64,000 bases of DNA, taken from contig JBEKOM010000003.1 in the NCBI GenBank assembly GCA_049521795.1, forward strand, positions 157,752 to 221,751, in the 5' to 3' direction. This document shows, piece after piece, positions 52,662 through 63,373 of the stretch (position 1 is the first letter of the stretch; every line of letters starts with the position of its first letter). The stretch comes from Candidatus Bathyarchaeia archaeon. Its GTDB lineage: Archaea; Thermoproteota; Bathyarchaeia; Bathyarchaeales; Bathycorpusculaceae. A model generated the notes under the pieces. The model worked only from the letters and a program-made list of their open reading frames with translations, had not been told where the DNA came from and ran no database searches. The translations under genes were made by a program, and so were the position numbers.

Positions 52662-52759
52662 GGTTTCCTTATTTACTATTTGATGATGGAGATATCTGCG
52701 CGCGCGTGCTTAATCACTTTTTTCCTTTGAATCATCTAGGTCGTCAGCTGGTAATCTGT

Positions 52760-55117
52760 TTACCCCATCGTAATCTTCACAGTGTGCTTCTTTCCATCTG
52801 CGAAGGAGGGCAGCAGACTGGTCTTCAACTTCTTGCCGTCTACAGTCACATCCTTTATTCCATTGGACACGTGATGTGGATTTTCAACTCGTATTTCATA
52901 GACGGCATTCCTAAAACGACGGATTACCTTGAAATTGAACCAGTCTGTGGGTATGCATGGGTCTACCAGTAATCCATGATATTGTGGTCTTATGCCCAGA
53001 ATCCAGTTAGTAGCTACCTTGAACATCCACGACGCGGTTCCTGTGAGCCAAGATTGACGGGCCGCACCGAAGTTGGGGTGATCTTTACCAGCGATTGTTT
53101 GGGCGTACACGTACGGCTCGGCTTGATGAATTTCGGCTATCCTGTTTTTCGTTGGAGGGGCAAGTTTCTTGTAGTATTCGTAGGCTTGGTCTCCCCGTCC
53201 GAGCATGCACTCTGCCAAGATTGCCCAGGCATTAGCGTGGCTCCAAACGGAAGCGTTCTCCTTCAGTCCAGGAACGTAGCTGCTCAGCGCTCCTATTTCA
53301 GGATGATACCTCGAGTAGGCTGGAGCAAGAAGCATTATCCCATATTTGGTGTCCAAATGCTTTTTCACCGAGTTCATGCATCGTATTCCCCTGTCTTTCG
53401 GGGCGATTCGGCTGATGACGGCCCACGATTGAGTGTTAATGTATATCTTTCCTTCTTTGCGCTTTGAACTTCCCACGAGATTTCCTGAATCGTCATACGC
53501 GCGGAAATACCAATTCCCATCCCATGCCGTCTCGTTCACATGGGTTTTGGTCTTGCCAGCTATGGCTGCAAACCTCTGGGCGTCTTTCTCTCGTTTATGC
53601 TCTTTGCAGAGTTCTGTTAATTCTAGGAGGACTTTGTGAAATAGCATGGCTGTCCACACGCTTTCAGCTGCATTGTTGGGGCCAGGCAAGCTTTGGGGAT
53701 CGTTCCAGTCAGCCGTTCCTAAGAGGGGCATGTTGTGCTTGCCCATATTGTCGAGGGTGAAGTCAATAGACCTTCTTAGATGCTCATATAGGCTTGCGCT
53801 TGAGCCTTCAACGAAGTTGACGTTTTCGTTCAGGATACTCATGTCTCCTGTTTCTTTGATGTACTCGCTCGTCGAAAGGATCAGCCAAAGATGGTCATCA
53901 CTGAAGAATTTCATCTGCTCCTTCACGTAAGGCGGCCAGCCTCCTTCTCCGCTGAGGGGAAAGTATAGGTGGTAGACGTGGCCATTTTCGAACTGGTTCT
54001 TGGCGAGGTCTAAGATGCGTTGACGCACCCTTTCGGGCGAAGTGTGAACTACGCCGAGAGTGTCTTGATTGCTGTCTCGGAAGCCCATTCCTCTGCCTAT
54101 GCCTGTTTCGTAAAATGACACGTATCTGGACCAGTCGAAGGTTGTCTTGCACTGGTACTGGTTCCAAACATTGATCATAGCATTGAATTCTTCGTCGGGA
54201 GTGTCAACATTGAGGTTGCTGAGGTAGGTGTTCCAATATTCCCTTAGCCTTCGCAACTCTGCGTTCACATTGGACTTTTTCGCAAATTTCTGAATGTAAG
54301 GTTTGGCGTCAGATTTTTTCTCCACCACGCCTAAGATGAATATTATTGTCTCTGCTTCTCCAGGACAGAGTTTCACGACGTTGCTCGTAGCCGCGATCGG
54401 GTTACCTCCTTTAGTTTCAGAGTTAAAGCATCGGCCTCTTTCTACGGCTAAGGGATTTGATTCGCCTCGATACGGACCGATGAACTTCTCTCTGTTGCAG
54501 TCATATCCAGTGATTGTGCCGCTTGAGGAAAAGAAAGCGTATCCGGTGCTTACGTCGAAGAAGCTGTAGAAAATAGCATCCTCCTCGTATCTGGCTACCG
54601 CTAAGCCTTGACTAAATTGAAGGTCAGTCAGGTCGCTAAAGGCTTGCCAAAGACAAAACTCTGCGTATGAAAACACGCTTAATTCCTTCTTCTCAGAAGA
54701 AGCGTTTTTCAAAGTCAGCATCCAAATCTCTAAGTTCCCTTCCACGGGGACAAAGTATGTGACTTCCGCCTCAGTGTCCGAGTACGAGGAAGATATCTTG
54801 GTGTATCCCAATCCGTGTCTACATTCATACTCGCTTAATTTTTTGAGAACCGGTTGCCACGTCGGAGACCAGTACTTTCCTGTCTTATTGTCTCTGATAT
54901 ACAGGTACCTTCCCGGCCTGTCTACCGGTAAGTTGTTGTACCTGTATCGGAGAATCCTCCTATCTCTCGGATCTCTGTGAAAACTATGTCCGCCCGCCGT
55001 ATTAGAAATTATAGCACAGTACTCGCTGTTGCACAAATAATTAATCCACGGCGTTGGAGTGCCGGGTCTAACAATCACATATTCCTTATCATCTTGCGAA
55101 AAATGTCCGTACTGCAT
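52760..55117 (-). CDS. GH94 glycoside phosphorylase (cellobiose phosphorylase-like)
   Basis: TP.PWINYL, RYRYNN, GIGRGMGFRDSNQD, ADWND, KENA, SWLTGTASW. Confidence 0.93.
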   Translation of the reverse strand: MQYGHFSQDDKEYVIVRPGTPTPWINYLCNSEYCAIISNTAGGHSFHRDPRDRRILRYRYNNLPVDRPGRYLYIRDNKTGKYWSPTWQPVLKKLSEYECRHGLGYTKISSSYSDTEAEVTYFVPVEGNLEIWMLTLKNASSEKKELSVFSYAEFCLWQAFSDLTDLQFSQGLAVARYEEDAIFYSFFDVSTGYAFFSSSGTITGYDCNREKFIGPYRGESNPLAVERGRCFNSETKGGNPIAATSNVVKLCPGEAETIIFILGVVEKKSDAKPYIQKFAKKSNVNAELRRLREYWNTYLSNLNVDTPDEEFNAMINVWNQYQCKTTFDWSRYVSFYETGIGRGMGFRDSNQDTLGVVHTSPERVRQRILDLAKNQFENGHVYHLYFPLSGEGGWPPYVKEQMKFFSDDHLWLILSTSEYIKETGDMSILNENVNFVEGSSASLYEHLRRSIDFTLDNMGKHNMPLLGTADWNDPQSLPGPNNAAESVWTAMLFHKVLLELTELCKEHKREKDAQRFAAIAGKTKTHVNETAWDGNWYFRAYDDSGNLVGSSKRKEGKIYINTQSWAVISRIAPKDRGIRCMNSVKKHLDTKYGIMLLAPAYSRYHPEIGALSSYVPGLKENASVWSHANAWAILAECMLGRGDQAYEYYKKLAPPTKNRIAEIHQAEPYVYAQTIAGKDHPNFGAARQSWLTGTASWMFKVATNWILGIRPQYHGLLVDPCIPTDWFNFKVIRRFRNAVYEIRVENPHHVSNGIKDVTVDGKKLKTSLLPSFADGKKHTVKITMG

Positions 55118-55247
55118 ACTTACCCCTTTTCGGCGTGAAGTGTGCCCAAGTGCCTTTTATACTTTTTCTGGAGGTAAGAAGGTAGACAGAGTGAACAAAC
55201 CACGAAAGTGCCCGCTGCGTGCACTACATTTGAAAGCCAGGCGGACC

Positions 55248-56180
55248 TTACCTGCTAAAACACGCTTCAATGAGATCTTCCAGATGTGCAGTTGCCACGC
55301 ACTGAACAGTATCCGCACCGCCATAGTAGATTTTGACTTCTCCATCTTCTTCGAGGATAGCGCCACTTGTAAACACTACGTTGGAAGTCAGCCCAGAGCG
55401 CTCATACGGTTCTTTTGGTGAAAGAATAGGTGCTTTAGCTCTTGCGATGACTTTGGATGGGTCATTCAAATCCAATAGCATTGCGCCGAGATGGTAAACG
55501 TATTGATACCCTGCCATTACGTGCACACCATGCCAAATTTCAAGCCAGCCTTTCTTGGTTTTGATGGGGACCGCACCGGCGCCGATTTTTTGCCAGTACC
55601 AATGGCCGTGCGCTCCGCGTTTGAACACGCATTTCGACTTGCCCCAGAAGATTAAATCAGGTGAATAACTGATCCATATGTCACCATGGTCACCGGGCAA
55701 AATCGGCCTGTCAAGCCGAGCGTAAAGTCCACCGATTCTTTCGGGAAATAGTACTCCATTGCGGTTGTCGGGTTCTGATATGAAACCGCACGAGTCGAAT
55801 TTTTCAAAATCCTTCGTCTTAAGCATCCCAATTCTAACACCGTATGAACTGTGTGCGGCAAAACAGACATAATAGACACCGTCGATTTCCGTAATACGCG
55901 GGTCGTAGATCATCTCTTCAGTGTATCTTTTGAATTCTTCATCTTTGGGGAGGCTGATGGGTTTCTTACGAACCTTGAAATGATATCCGTCGTCACTTAT
56001 GGCCGGTATGAAGTAGTTTGATATGTCGATACTTTCAACTCTGCACAACATCAGATATTTCCCATCAAATTTAACCACTCCTGAATTGTAAATGCCCGAA
56101 CAGGTGAAGGGCATATCATCCGCCGTCAAAATGGGGTTTTTTTCGTAGCGTTTCACGATTTCCTTTTTGGGATAAAGCAT
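55248..56180 (-). CDS. GH130 beta-mannoside phosphorylase
   Basis: NPIL, YNSG, YDPRI, NRNGVLFPE, NVVF, YYGGADT. Confidence 0.92.
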   Translation of the reverse strand: MLYPKKEIVKRYEKNPILTADDMPFTCSGIYNSGVVKFDGKYLMLCRVESIDISNYFIPAISDDGYHFKVRKKPISLPKDEEFKRYTEEMIYDPRITEIDGVYYVCFAAHSSYGVRIGMLKTKDFEKFDSCGFISEPDNRNGVLFPERIGGLYARLDRPILPGDHGDIWISYSPDLIFWGKSKCVFKRGAHGHWYWQKIGAGAVPIKTKKGWLEIWHGVHVMAGYQYVYHLGAMLLDLNDPSKVIARAKAPILSPKEPYERSGLTSNVVFTSGAILEEDGEVKIYYGGADTVQCVATAHLEDLIEACFSR

Positions 56181-56377
56181 GCCATTACCTTCTTCTGCTT
56201 TAAAGCCGAGATTTATGATACCATGCTTTACTTAAAATGATTCCTGACCGATACTCGAGCCTCCGGGATACCTTGCCCTCGCCATGCGCTGCATCATGTT
56301 CGAAACCGATAAAGCTGAACCGGTCTGCAAGACAAGCTTTAGATACTCTTCTATGGGCTCGGATGGCCGCAGCTTTA

Positions 56378-56463
56378 GACCCCCCTGTTCAGAAGTAACG
56401 GTTTTGGTAATGTTGTGTGGTAACAGTTCTTGAAGAAGCAGACAGGCATATGGATCGATGCCC
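56378..56463 (-). repeat. Repeat family A copy 3 (inverted)
   Basis: Reverse complement matches 37920-38020 and 17835-17913. Confidence 0.85.
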
Positions 56464-56573
56464 AAGTGTGGAGTGCCTGCAAGGATATAAGCAGCCGCGA
56501 GAAAACAGATGGGTCAAACGTGAAACACCACGCCTAGACAAACTCTCAAAGAAGCACAGTATAAGACTCGTGG

Positions 56574-59081
56574 TTACTGTTTCTGTTCCTTTCTCTTCAG
56601 CATGTTTTCCAAGATCGGCCGCATCTTGGCGTTTTCTGCCTTTATCTTTTCCTTGCCTAAGGCGTCCATCTGGGCGGCTATTTCTTTGACCACCTCGGCG
56701 AACTTGATGCCTTCGGCTGCCGAAACGTATTCTACGCGTAATCGTTCAGGGCTCATGCCGAGCTTTTGCAGCATGGGCGCCAAAGCGTCCATGCGGGCTT
56801 TCATCTTGTAGTTTCCGCTGATGTAGTGGCAGTCGTAGGGAAGGTGGCAGGCGCCGACCATAACCATGCCTGCGCCAAGCCTGAAAGCTTCAAGGATAAA
56901 GTCGCGGTCAACCCGGCCTGAACACATCACCCTGATCGGCCTGATAACCGGCGGATACTCAAACCTGCTCGTGCCAGCCAAGTCGGCGCCGGCGTAGCTG
57001 CACCAGTTACACAGAAACGCCAGAATCTTGCCCTCCGGGTCCGTCTCCAACGCGGCTCTTATCTGGGACACTATCTGCGTGTCTGTGAAATGCTTCTGCG
57101 TAATCGCGTCTGTTGGACATTCGGCGACGCACGTGCCGCATCCGTGGCACATCGCACTCATCGTCTCTGCAACCTGGCCTTCGGCGGCTCTTATAGCGCC
57201 GTACGGGCACGCTTTGGCGCAGAGGCCACACTTAACTTTCGTGTTCCGGCACTTGGAGGGGTCAACGACGGCTACTATGGGCTGAATCTTGTACGTTGGT
57301 TTTGAAAGCACCGTTGCTGCTCTGGCGGCTGTTCCCATGCCTTGAGAAACGCTGTAAGGAACATCTTTCGGCCCCTGGCATCCTCCTGCGACGAAAACAC
57401 CGTCTGACGGCGTGTCTATGGGCTTCAGCTTCGGATGGCTCTCCATGAAGAACCCGTCGCTTCCTCGGCTGATGTTGAAGACCCTCGCAACTTCTTCCGA
57501 CCCTTGGCTTGGCACGGCGGCTGTTGCCAAAACGACCATGTCAGTTTGTACTTCAACTGGTTCGCCGTTTTCTTTTTCAGCGTGCACCACGAGCTTCTTC
57601 GTTTCCGGGTTCTCACTCACGTTTCTGTTCGTCAGGCCTACGCGGATGAAGTTTATGCCCAGCTGCTGGCCCTTTCTGTACAGCTCCTCATACCCTTTCC
57701 TGTTTGCCCGCATGTCCGTGTATAACACGTTGATTTCCAGTTTGTCACCGTACTTCTCCTTGAGGAAAACGGCGCTCTTGAGCGTGAGCATGCAACAGAA
57801 GCCTGAACAGTACTCGAACTTGTTTATGTCCCTCGAGCCGACGCACTGCATGTACGTCAGGCTTTCAGGCATTTTGCCGTCTGAAGGTTTGCGAAGGTCT
57901 CCGAGCAGCTGCGTGTCCGTGTCTATGATTCTTTCAAGCTGCAGGGCCGTGATAACGTCCTTGTGTTTTCCATAGCTGTAGTTTGGGAGGTCGTACGGCT
58001 CGTAGATGTCGTAGCCCGTTGCTACGACCATGCAGCCGACTTCAAGCTTCTCCTCTGCTGGTTTCTGCTCAAAGTCCACAGCGTCCACGGGGCAGATTTC
58101 TTGGCATTTCCTGCAGCTTCCGTCTTTGAAGTAAAGGCAGGTTTCTCTGTCAATCGTGTAAGTGTTAGGCGTCGCGTTCGTGAACGCCAAGTAAATGGCT
58201 TTGCGTTTCCTCATGCCCGCGTCGAACTTGTTCGGTGATTCAACCGGACAGACTTCAGCGCATTTGCCGCAGCTAATGCACTTGTTTTCGTCGACGAAGC
58301 GCGGTTTTCTCACGATGCTGGCCTTGTAGCTTCCTATGACGCCTTCAACGTGCTTGACGTCTGTGTAAGCAAGAAGTTTGATCTTCGGATTGACTGCCGC
58401 AGCGCCTATTCTCGTTGCAACGCACGAGAACCTGGGACAGTGAATCTGCTGTGGACAGTTTGAACATTCGAAGACGGGGAAGGTCTTGCCGAGCTGAGCC
58501 ATGTGGCCGCCTATTATTTCGGCTCGGTCGACCAGGTACACTTGGTAACCCATCTCTGCAAGGTCGACGGCGGCGCTTGCGCCTGCAACGCCTGCACCCA
58601 CGACTAATGCTCTGTTAGTGACTGGGACCTCGATCACGTCCAGCGGTTCGAGAAGTCTCACTTTCGCAACGGCCATCTTGACAAGCTCTTTTGCCTTTTC
58701 AGTTGCCTCCTTAGGCGTTCCTTGATGGCACCAGCTCGAAAACTCGCGGATGTTCGCCATCTCGTACAGGAAGGGGTTCAAGCCAGCCTCTGATACGGTT
58801 CTGCGAAAGGTTGGTTCATGCATTCTGGGTGAGCATGCTGCAACCACAACGCGGTTCAGCTTATGCTCTCTTACGCCTTTTCGTATTTCCTCTTGACCCG
58901 GGTCGGCACACGTGTAACGGTTTGTCTTAACGTAGACCACGTTGGGCAGCTTGCGAGCGTACTCGGCCACATCCTCCACGTCCACGGTGCCAGCGATGTT
59001 GAGACCGCAGTAGCACACAAAAACGCCGATGCGCGGTTCCTCAACTTTCACCGAGGACTTCAGGGCCGACTGCTCACTCAC
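56574..59081 (-). CDS. hdrA: Heterodisulfide reductase subunit A fused to MvhD
   Basis: GVFVC.CG.NI, ACSPR.HE, QCVGSRD, GCQGPKD; C-terminal FLCNWCSYAGAD..MCSGRV..CHY. Confidence 0.93.
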   Translation of the reverse strand: MSEQSALKSSVKVEEPRIGVFVCYCGLNIAGTVDVEDVAEYARKLPNVVYVKTNRYTCADPGQEEIRKGVREHKLNRVVVAACSPRMHEPTFRRTVSEAGLNPFLYEMANIREFSSWCHQGTPKEATEKAKELVKMAVAKVRLLEPLDVIEVPVTNRALVVGAGVAGASAAVDLAEMGYQVYLVDRAEIIGGHMAQLGKTFPVFECSNCPQQIHCPRFSCVATRIGAAAVNPKIKLLAYTDVKHVEGVIGSYKASIVRKPRFVDENKCISCGKCAEVCPVESPNKFDAGMRKRKAIYLAFTNATPNTYTIDRETCLYFKDGSCRKCQEICPVDAVDFEQKPAEEKLEVGCMVVATGYDIYEPYDLPNYSYGKHKDVITALQLERIIDTDTQLLGDLRKPSDGKMPESLTYMQCVGSRDINKFEYCSGFCCMLTLKSAVFLKEKYGDKLEINVLYTDMRANRKGYEELYRKGQQLGINFIRVGLTNRNVSENPETKKLVVHAEKENGEPVEVQTDMVVLATAAVPSQGSEEVARVFNISRGSDGFFMESHPKLKPIDTPSDGVFVAGGCQGPKDVPYSVSQGMGTAARAATVLSKPTYKIQPIVAVVDPSKCRNTKVKCGLCAKACPYGAIRAAEGQVAETMSAMCHGCGTCVAECPTDAITQKHFTDTQIVSQIRAALETDPEGKILAFLCNWCSYAGADLAGTSRFEYPPVIRPIRVMCSGRVDRDFILEAFRLGAGMVMVGACHLPYDCHYISGNYKMKARMDALAPMLQKLGMSPERLRVEYVSAAEGIKFAEVVKEIAAQMDALGKEKIKAENAKMRPILENMLKRKEQKQ

Positions 59082-61134
59082 GCTTTTTCACCCTTCTTTC
59101 CATACCTGCCTGAATCTGCGTCACAATCTGATTATCCGAATAGTTCGGCATCGTTATCGCGTCCATCGGACAAGCAGAACTGCAGATGCCGCAGCCTCGG
59201 CACAAGCCTTCAACAACTTTTGCGACGGGTTTTTCGCCGACTTTCTCAACGTTGATTGCGCGGTAACTGCAGGCTGATTCGCATATCCTGCAGCCGCTGC
59301 AAAGTTCCTCGTTGACCTTTGCGACAAGCGGCTCAACTGTCCATGAATCTTTGCTGAGAACAGATGCAGCTTGAGCTGCCGCAGCACTTCCTTGGGCAAC
59401 GCTGTAAGGAATATCCTTCAAGCCTTGACACGCGCCTGCCAAGAAGATTCCAGGCACTTCAGTGTCGGTCGGCCTGATCTTGGGTTGACACTCCTTGAAG
59501 AATCCGTCTTTTCCAAGAGGGATGTTCAGAATTCTTGCAACCTCCCGCCCCGTGTCAGCTGGGACAGCCGCGTTTGCCAAGATAACCATGTCTGCCTCGG
59601 CTGAGACAGGTTTCCCGTCCTCGGTTTCCCCGTAGACCGTCAAGCTCTTGGTCTGCGGGTTCTCGGTTATCCGTCGGTTTTCAAGTTTGACTCTCAGGAA
59701 TTTGACTCCGGATTTTTGGGCTCTGTTGAAGAATTCTTCGTAGCCTTTGAAGTTGCTTCTCATGTCGTTGTAAAAAACGTTGACTTCGATGGCATCTCTG
59801 TACTTTTCCTTAAGCATGACCGCATGTTTGAGGGTGTACATGCAGCAGAAGCTGGAGCAGTACTCGTATCTGTTGACGTCGCGCGATCCGACGCACTGGA
59901 TGAACGCTACAGAATGTGGCTTTTGCCCATCTGAGGCCCGGACCACTTTGCCCCCGGTCGGTCCTGCTGCGAGTATGAGCCTTTCAAACTCCAGCGCTGT
60001 GAAAACGTTAGAGAATTTGCCGTAGCCGGTCCACTCTAGGTCTTTAGGGTTGTACATTCCGTAGCCTATGGTGACGACTATGGCTCCAACGTTGAAGTCA
60101 ACCTCTTCGGGTTTCTGGTCAAAGTTTATCGCTTGACGAGCCCCGCAGGCGTCGACGCACTTGTAGCATTCGATGCAGTAGTCGCGGTTGATCGTGTGCG
60201 TAAGCGGGACAGCTTGATCGAACGGAATCGATATAGCCTTTCTCACGCCAAGATACATGTCTGCATAGTTCGGGTATTCTATCGGACACGCGTCTCTGCA
60301 CTCGCCGCAGCCGGTGCAGTTTGCGGCTATGACGTATCGGGGGTTCTTACGGACTTTCACGTTGAAGTTGCCAGCGTACCCGTCGACTTTCAAAACGTCT
60401 GCGTAAGAGATTATTTCAATGTTAGGATGCCTGCCGACGTCGACCATTTTGGGCCCTTCGATGCATATGCTGCAGTCAAGAGTTGGAAACGTCTTGTCCA
60501 GCAGCGCCATGTAGCCTCCTATTGTTTCGGTTTTTTCAACCATGTAAACTTTGAAACCCATGTCGGCCAGGTCTAGGGCAGCGTTGATTCCGGCGATTCC
60601 GCCGCCGATGACCATGACCCTCTTCGTCATGGGCAGTTCTATCGGTTTTAACGGTTCCAGAAGTCTTGCTTTGGCAACGGCCATTCTGACCATGTCTTTC
60701 GCTTTTTCCGTTGCCTTCTCAGGTGTGGTCTGGTGGCAGTAGGATGCGAATTCTCGGATGTTTGCCATCTCAAAAAGCCATGGATTGAGCTCTGCCTGAG
60801 ACACGCAGCTTTGGAAAGTCGGTTCATAAAGCCTCGGTGAGCAGCCGGCCACGACTACGCGGTTGAGCTTCTTGCCCTTAATTGCTGCGATTATCGCGTC
60901 CTGACCTTGGTGGCTGCAGGGATAGTTCATGCTCTCCGCGTGAGCCACGTTCCGCAAAGTCTTTGCATATCTTGTTAGAGCATCAACGTCTATTACTGAA
61001 GCTATGTTTGAACCGCACTGGCAGACGAAGACTCCTATCCGAGGAGTTTCAGTCTTAGCCTTGGGCTTCGTCTGTCTCAGCCTTCTCTCTTTCTCAGAGG
61101 TTTGATCTTTCTCAGGGGCAGTTCTTCTAGGCAC
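59074..61134 (-). CDS. hdrA: Heterodisulfide reductase subunit A
   Basis: GGGIAG, LDKTFPTLDCSIC, QCVGSRD, YCSSFCC, several ferredoxin motifs. Confidence 0.93.
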   Translation of the reverse strand: MPRRTAPEKDQTSEKERRLRQTKPKAKTETPRIGVFVCQCGSNIASVIDVDALTRYAKTLRNVAHAESMNYPCSHQGQDAIIAAIKGKKLNRVVVAGCSPRLYEPTFQSCVSQAELNPWLFEMANIREFASYCHQTTPEKATEKAKDMVRMAVAKARLLEPLKPIELPMTKRVMVIGGGIAGINAALDLADMGFKVYMVEKTETIGGYMALLDKTFPTLDCSICIEGPKMVDVGRHPNIEIISYADVLKVDGYAGNFNVKVRKNPRYVIAANCTGCGECRDACPIEYPNYADMYLGVRKAISIPFDQAVPLTHTINRDYCIECYKCVDACGARQAINFDQKPEEVDFNVGAIVVTIGYGMYNPKDLEWTGYGKFSNVFTALEFERLILAAGPTGGKVVRASDGQKPHSVAFIQCVGSRDVNRYEYCSSFCCMYTLKHAVMLKEKYRDAIEVNVFYNDMRSNFKGYEEFFNRAQKSGVKFLRVKLENRRITENPQTKSLTVYGETEDGKPVSAEADMVILANAAVPADTGREVARILNIPLGKDGFFKECQPKIRPTDTEVPGIFLAGACQGLKDIPYSVAQGSAAAAQAASVLSKDSWTVEPLVAKVNEELCSGCRICESACSYRAINVEKVGEKPVAKVVEGLCRGCGICSSACPMDAITMPNYSDNQIVTQIQAGMERRVKKRE

Positions 61135-62071
61135 ATTCCTCCCCCTTCAATCCTACCCTCTTCTTCACAGATTCTCGCGCTTTCAGAGAACCCTTACTCT
61201 TCAATTCCTTGCTCATCTCTGTCGACGAGGTGAGCCGTTCCAAGGCCTTGTTCCAAGCGCCTGAGCGGACAGGCGTGTGATTAATGTGAGTCCTTTTGAG
61301 CTCAAGAGCATCGTCCGCTGGACAAGCGAGTTTGCAGGCTCCGCAGTAGACGCAGAACATCTCATTCACATGCACCTTCTTGTCGCTGTCTGAAACGTAG
61401 AGCGCTCCGGTGATTGGACAAACATCCATGCAGACCGTGCATCCGTCTGGGCACTTCTCGGCGTTGACCGAGAGCTTTCCGGAAATGAACTTGCGCACAT
61501 GAATTGCTCCATCAGGAAGCTTCACTTCGCATATTCCGCAGCATGGGCAATGCTCCTTTTCAATTTCAACGTTGACGCTGAGCCGTTGCCTCTCGGGCTC
61601 GCTTAGAGAAGAAGGTTCTTCAACCTTTTTTCCATCCGCGGTCAAGAAGGAGACTTTTATGAGTTTCAGCGGGCAGACATCTTCACTCTTCTCGTCGTCC
61701 AACGGAAACTTGTTTGCATCAACCTTGATGTCGCGGACGAGCTGAGGAAAACTCTGCTTGTCAAGAACGGCGAGTAAATGTTTTCCGTCTACCGTAACGT
61801 TGATGGCACCGTACGGGCAGGATACGTCACATATTCCGCAGAAGTTGCACTTGGCCAGGTCGATGTCTACCTTAGCTTTCTGCGCTTTTTCCCCCTGAAT
61901 CTTCGGACGTCTTTCAAGTTTGACAGCCTCTTTTGGACAAGCTAAGGTGCAGATCTGACAGCCCACACACTTGCGCTTGTCAAGGGTAAGCTTGTAATTC
62001 TTCACGTGCAAAACCCATTCTAACGTTAGTGATTCTGCCGTTTCTTCCTTCAAAGCTTTCAACGGCATCAA
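61127..62071 (-). CDS. Polyferredoxin (FwdF-like 4Fe-4S protein)
   Basis: Repeated CxxCxxCxxxCP motifs. Confidence 0.85.
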   Translation of the reverse strand: MMPLKALKEETAESLTLEWVLHVKNYKLTLDKRKCVGCQICTLACPKEAVKLERRPKIQGEKAQKAKVDIDLAKCNFCGICDVSCPYGAINVTVDGKHLLAVLDKQSFPQLVRDIKVDANKFPLDDEKSEDVCPLKLIKVSFLTADGKKVEEPSSLSEPERQRLSVNVEIEKEHCPCCGICEVKLPDGAIHVRKFISGKLSVNAEKCPDGCTVCMDVCPITGALYVSDSDKKVHVNEMFCVYCGACKLACPADDALELKRTHINHTPVRSGAWNKALERLTSSTEMSKELKSKGSLKARESVKKRVGLKGEECA

Positions 62072-62314
62072 AGGTCACATCCTTCAACGTCTCTCCAACA
62101 CGAAACGAAGCGTGATGCTGCAGGTCTGGAGTTGACGTTTGACATCGATGAGTGGTCCTTCTTCTTGGAAAGCTTTCAGAGCCTGAATTGTTAATATAAA
62201 CGTTGCTCGCTGTGCGTGACAAAACGTACATGTGGCGCGCGGGAAAACCTTTGCCATGGCGTACGACATTGATATTAAGGGATGCTTCTCTAAAGCGGGC
62301 TATAGATCGTTGGG

Positions 62315-63250
62315 GTGCCAGTTTTGATAACTGCTTTGGCTGGAGGGGTTGGGGCAGCAAGGTTCCTGTCTGGACTGGTAAGAGTATTCCCGGAGAAGGA
62401 ATTGTCGGTGATTGTGAACACGGGTGATGACATCGAGCTCTACGGACTGCACGTTTCACCGGACCTCGACATAGTCTCGTACACTTTGGCAGGCATGGTC
62501 GATGAGGAGAAGGGTTGGGGGATAAAGCGAGACACGTTTCGTTGCCTCGAAATGTTGAAAAGCTATGGGTTTGAAACTTGGTTCAACCTGGGCGATAAGG
62601 ATCTCGCAACGCACCTGTACAGGACCATTCTCTTAAAGAGAGGGCTTAAGCTGTCTGAGGTGACGGCTGAAATATCACGGGCCTTAGGACTGAAGGTAAG
62701 GATTCTTCCGATGACTGACGACAAGTGTGAAACATGGGTAACAACCGAGGCAAGCTCCACGCATTTTCAAGAGTACCTGGTGAAACGAGGCGGCACAGAA
62801 GCCGTGTTAGACGTGAAACTTGTGGGAGCAGAGACCGCCAAGGCTGCGCTAGGAGTCATCGACTCCATTCTTGGAAGCGAATTAGTCATCGTGTGCCCGA
62901 GTAATCCGATCGTTAGTATAGGCACGATCTTGTCTGTGAAAGGAGTGAGAGAGGCCTTAAGACGGAGTGAGGCTCGAAAAATTGGGATAAGTCCAATAGT
63001 TGCGGGTGCCCCAATAAGAGGTCCTGCGGACAAGTTGATGAAAGGGTTAGGCTTGGAGGTTTCAGCCTATTCTGTTGCTTGTCTTTACAAGGATTTTCTT
63101 GACGTCTTTGTGCTGGACGTTGCCGATGAGATGGAGAAGATGAAGGTCGAAAAGCTGGGGATTGAAGCGGTCACGGCGAACACGATAATGAAGACGCTGA
63201 GGGACAGGGTTGAGTTGGCAAGGGTTGTTCTTAAAGCGGGGGAAAGATGA
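62315..63250 (+). CDS. cofD: 2-phospho-L-lactate transferase
   Basis: AGGVGAARF, NTGDD, SPDLD, LGDKD, PMTD, HFQEY, PSNP.VSI. Confidence 0.95.
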   Translation: MPVLITALAGGVGAARFLSGLVRVFPEKELSVIVNTGDDIELYGLHVSPDLDIVSYTLAGMVDEEKGWGIKRDTFRCLEMLKSYGFETWFNLGDKDLATHLYRTILLKRGLKLSEVTAEISRALGLKVRILPMTDDKCETWVTTEASSTHFQEYLVKRGGTEAVLDVKLVGAETAKAALGVIDSILGSELVIVCPSNPIVSIGTILSVKGVREALRRSEARKIGISPIVAGAPIRGPADKLMKGLGLEVSAYSVACLYKDFLDVFVLDVADEMEKMKVEKLGIEAVTANTIMKTLRDRVELARVVLKAGER

Positions 63251-63373
63251 TGACTCTTCTTCCTGTTGAACGCAGTAATTAGCGTATTCAGTGCGGATTG
63301 CACTCCATGCGGTATAATGTATAAGTTTAAGTTGCTTTCAAGTGTACAGCGTTTGTTGGAGGAGGTGTTTCGG

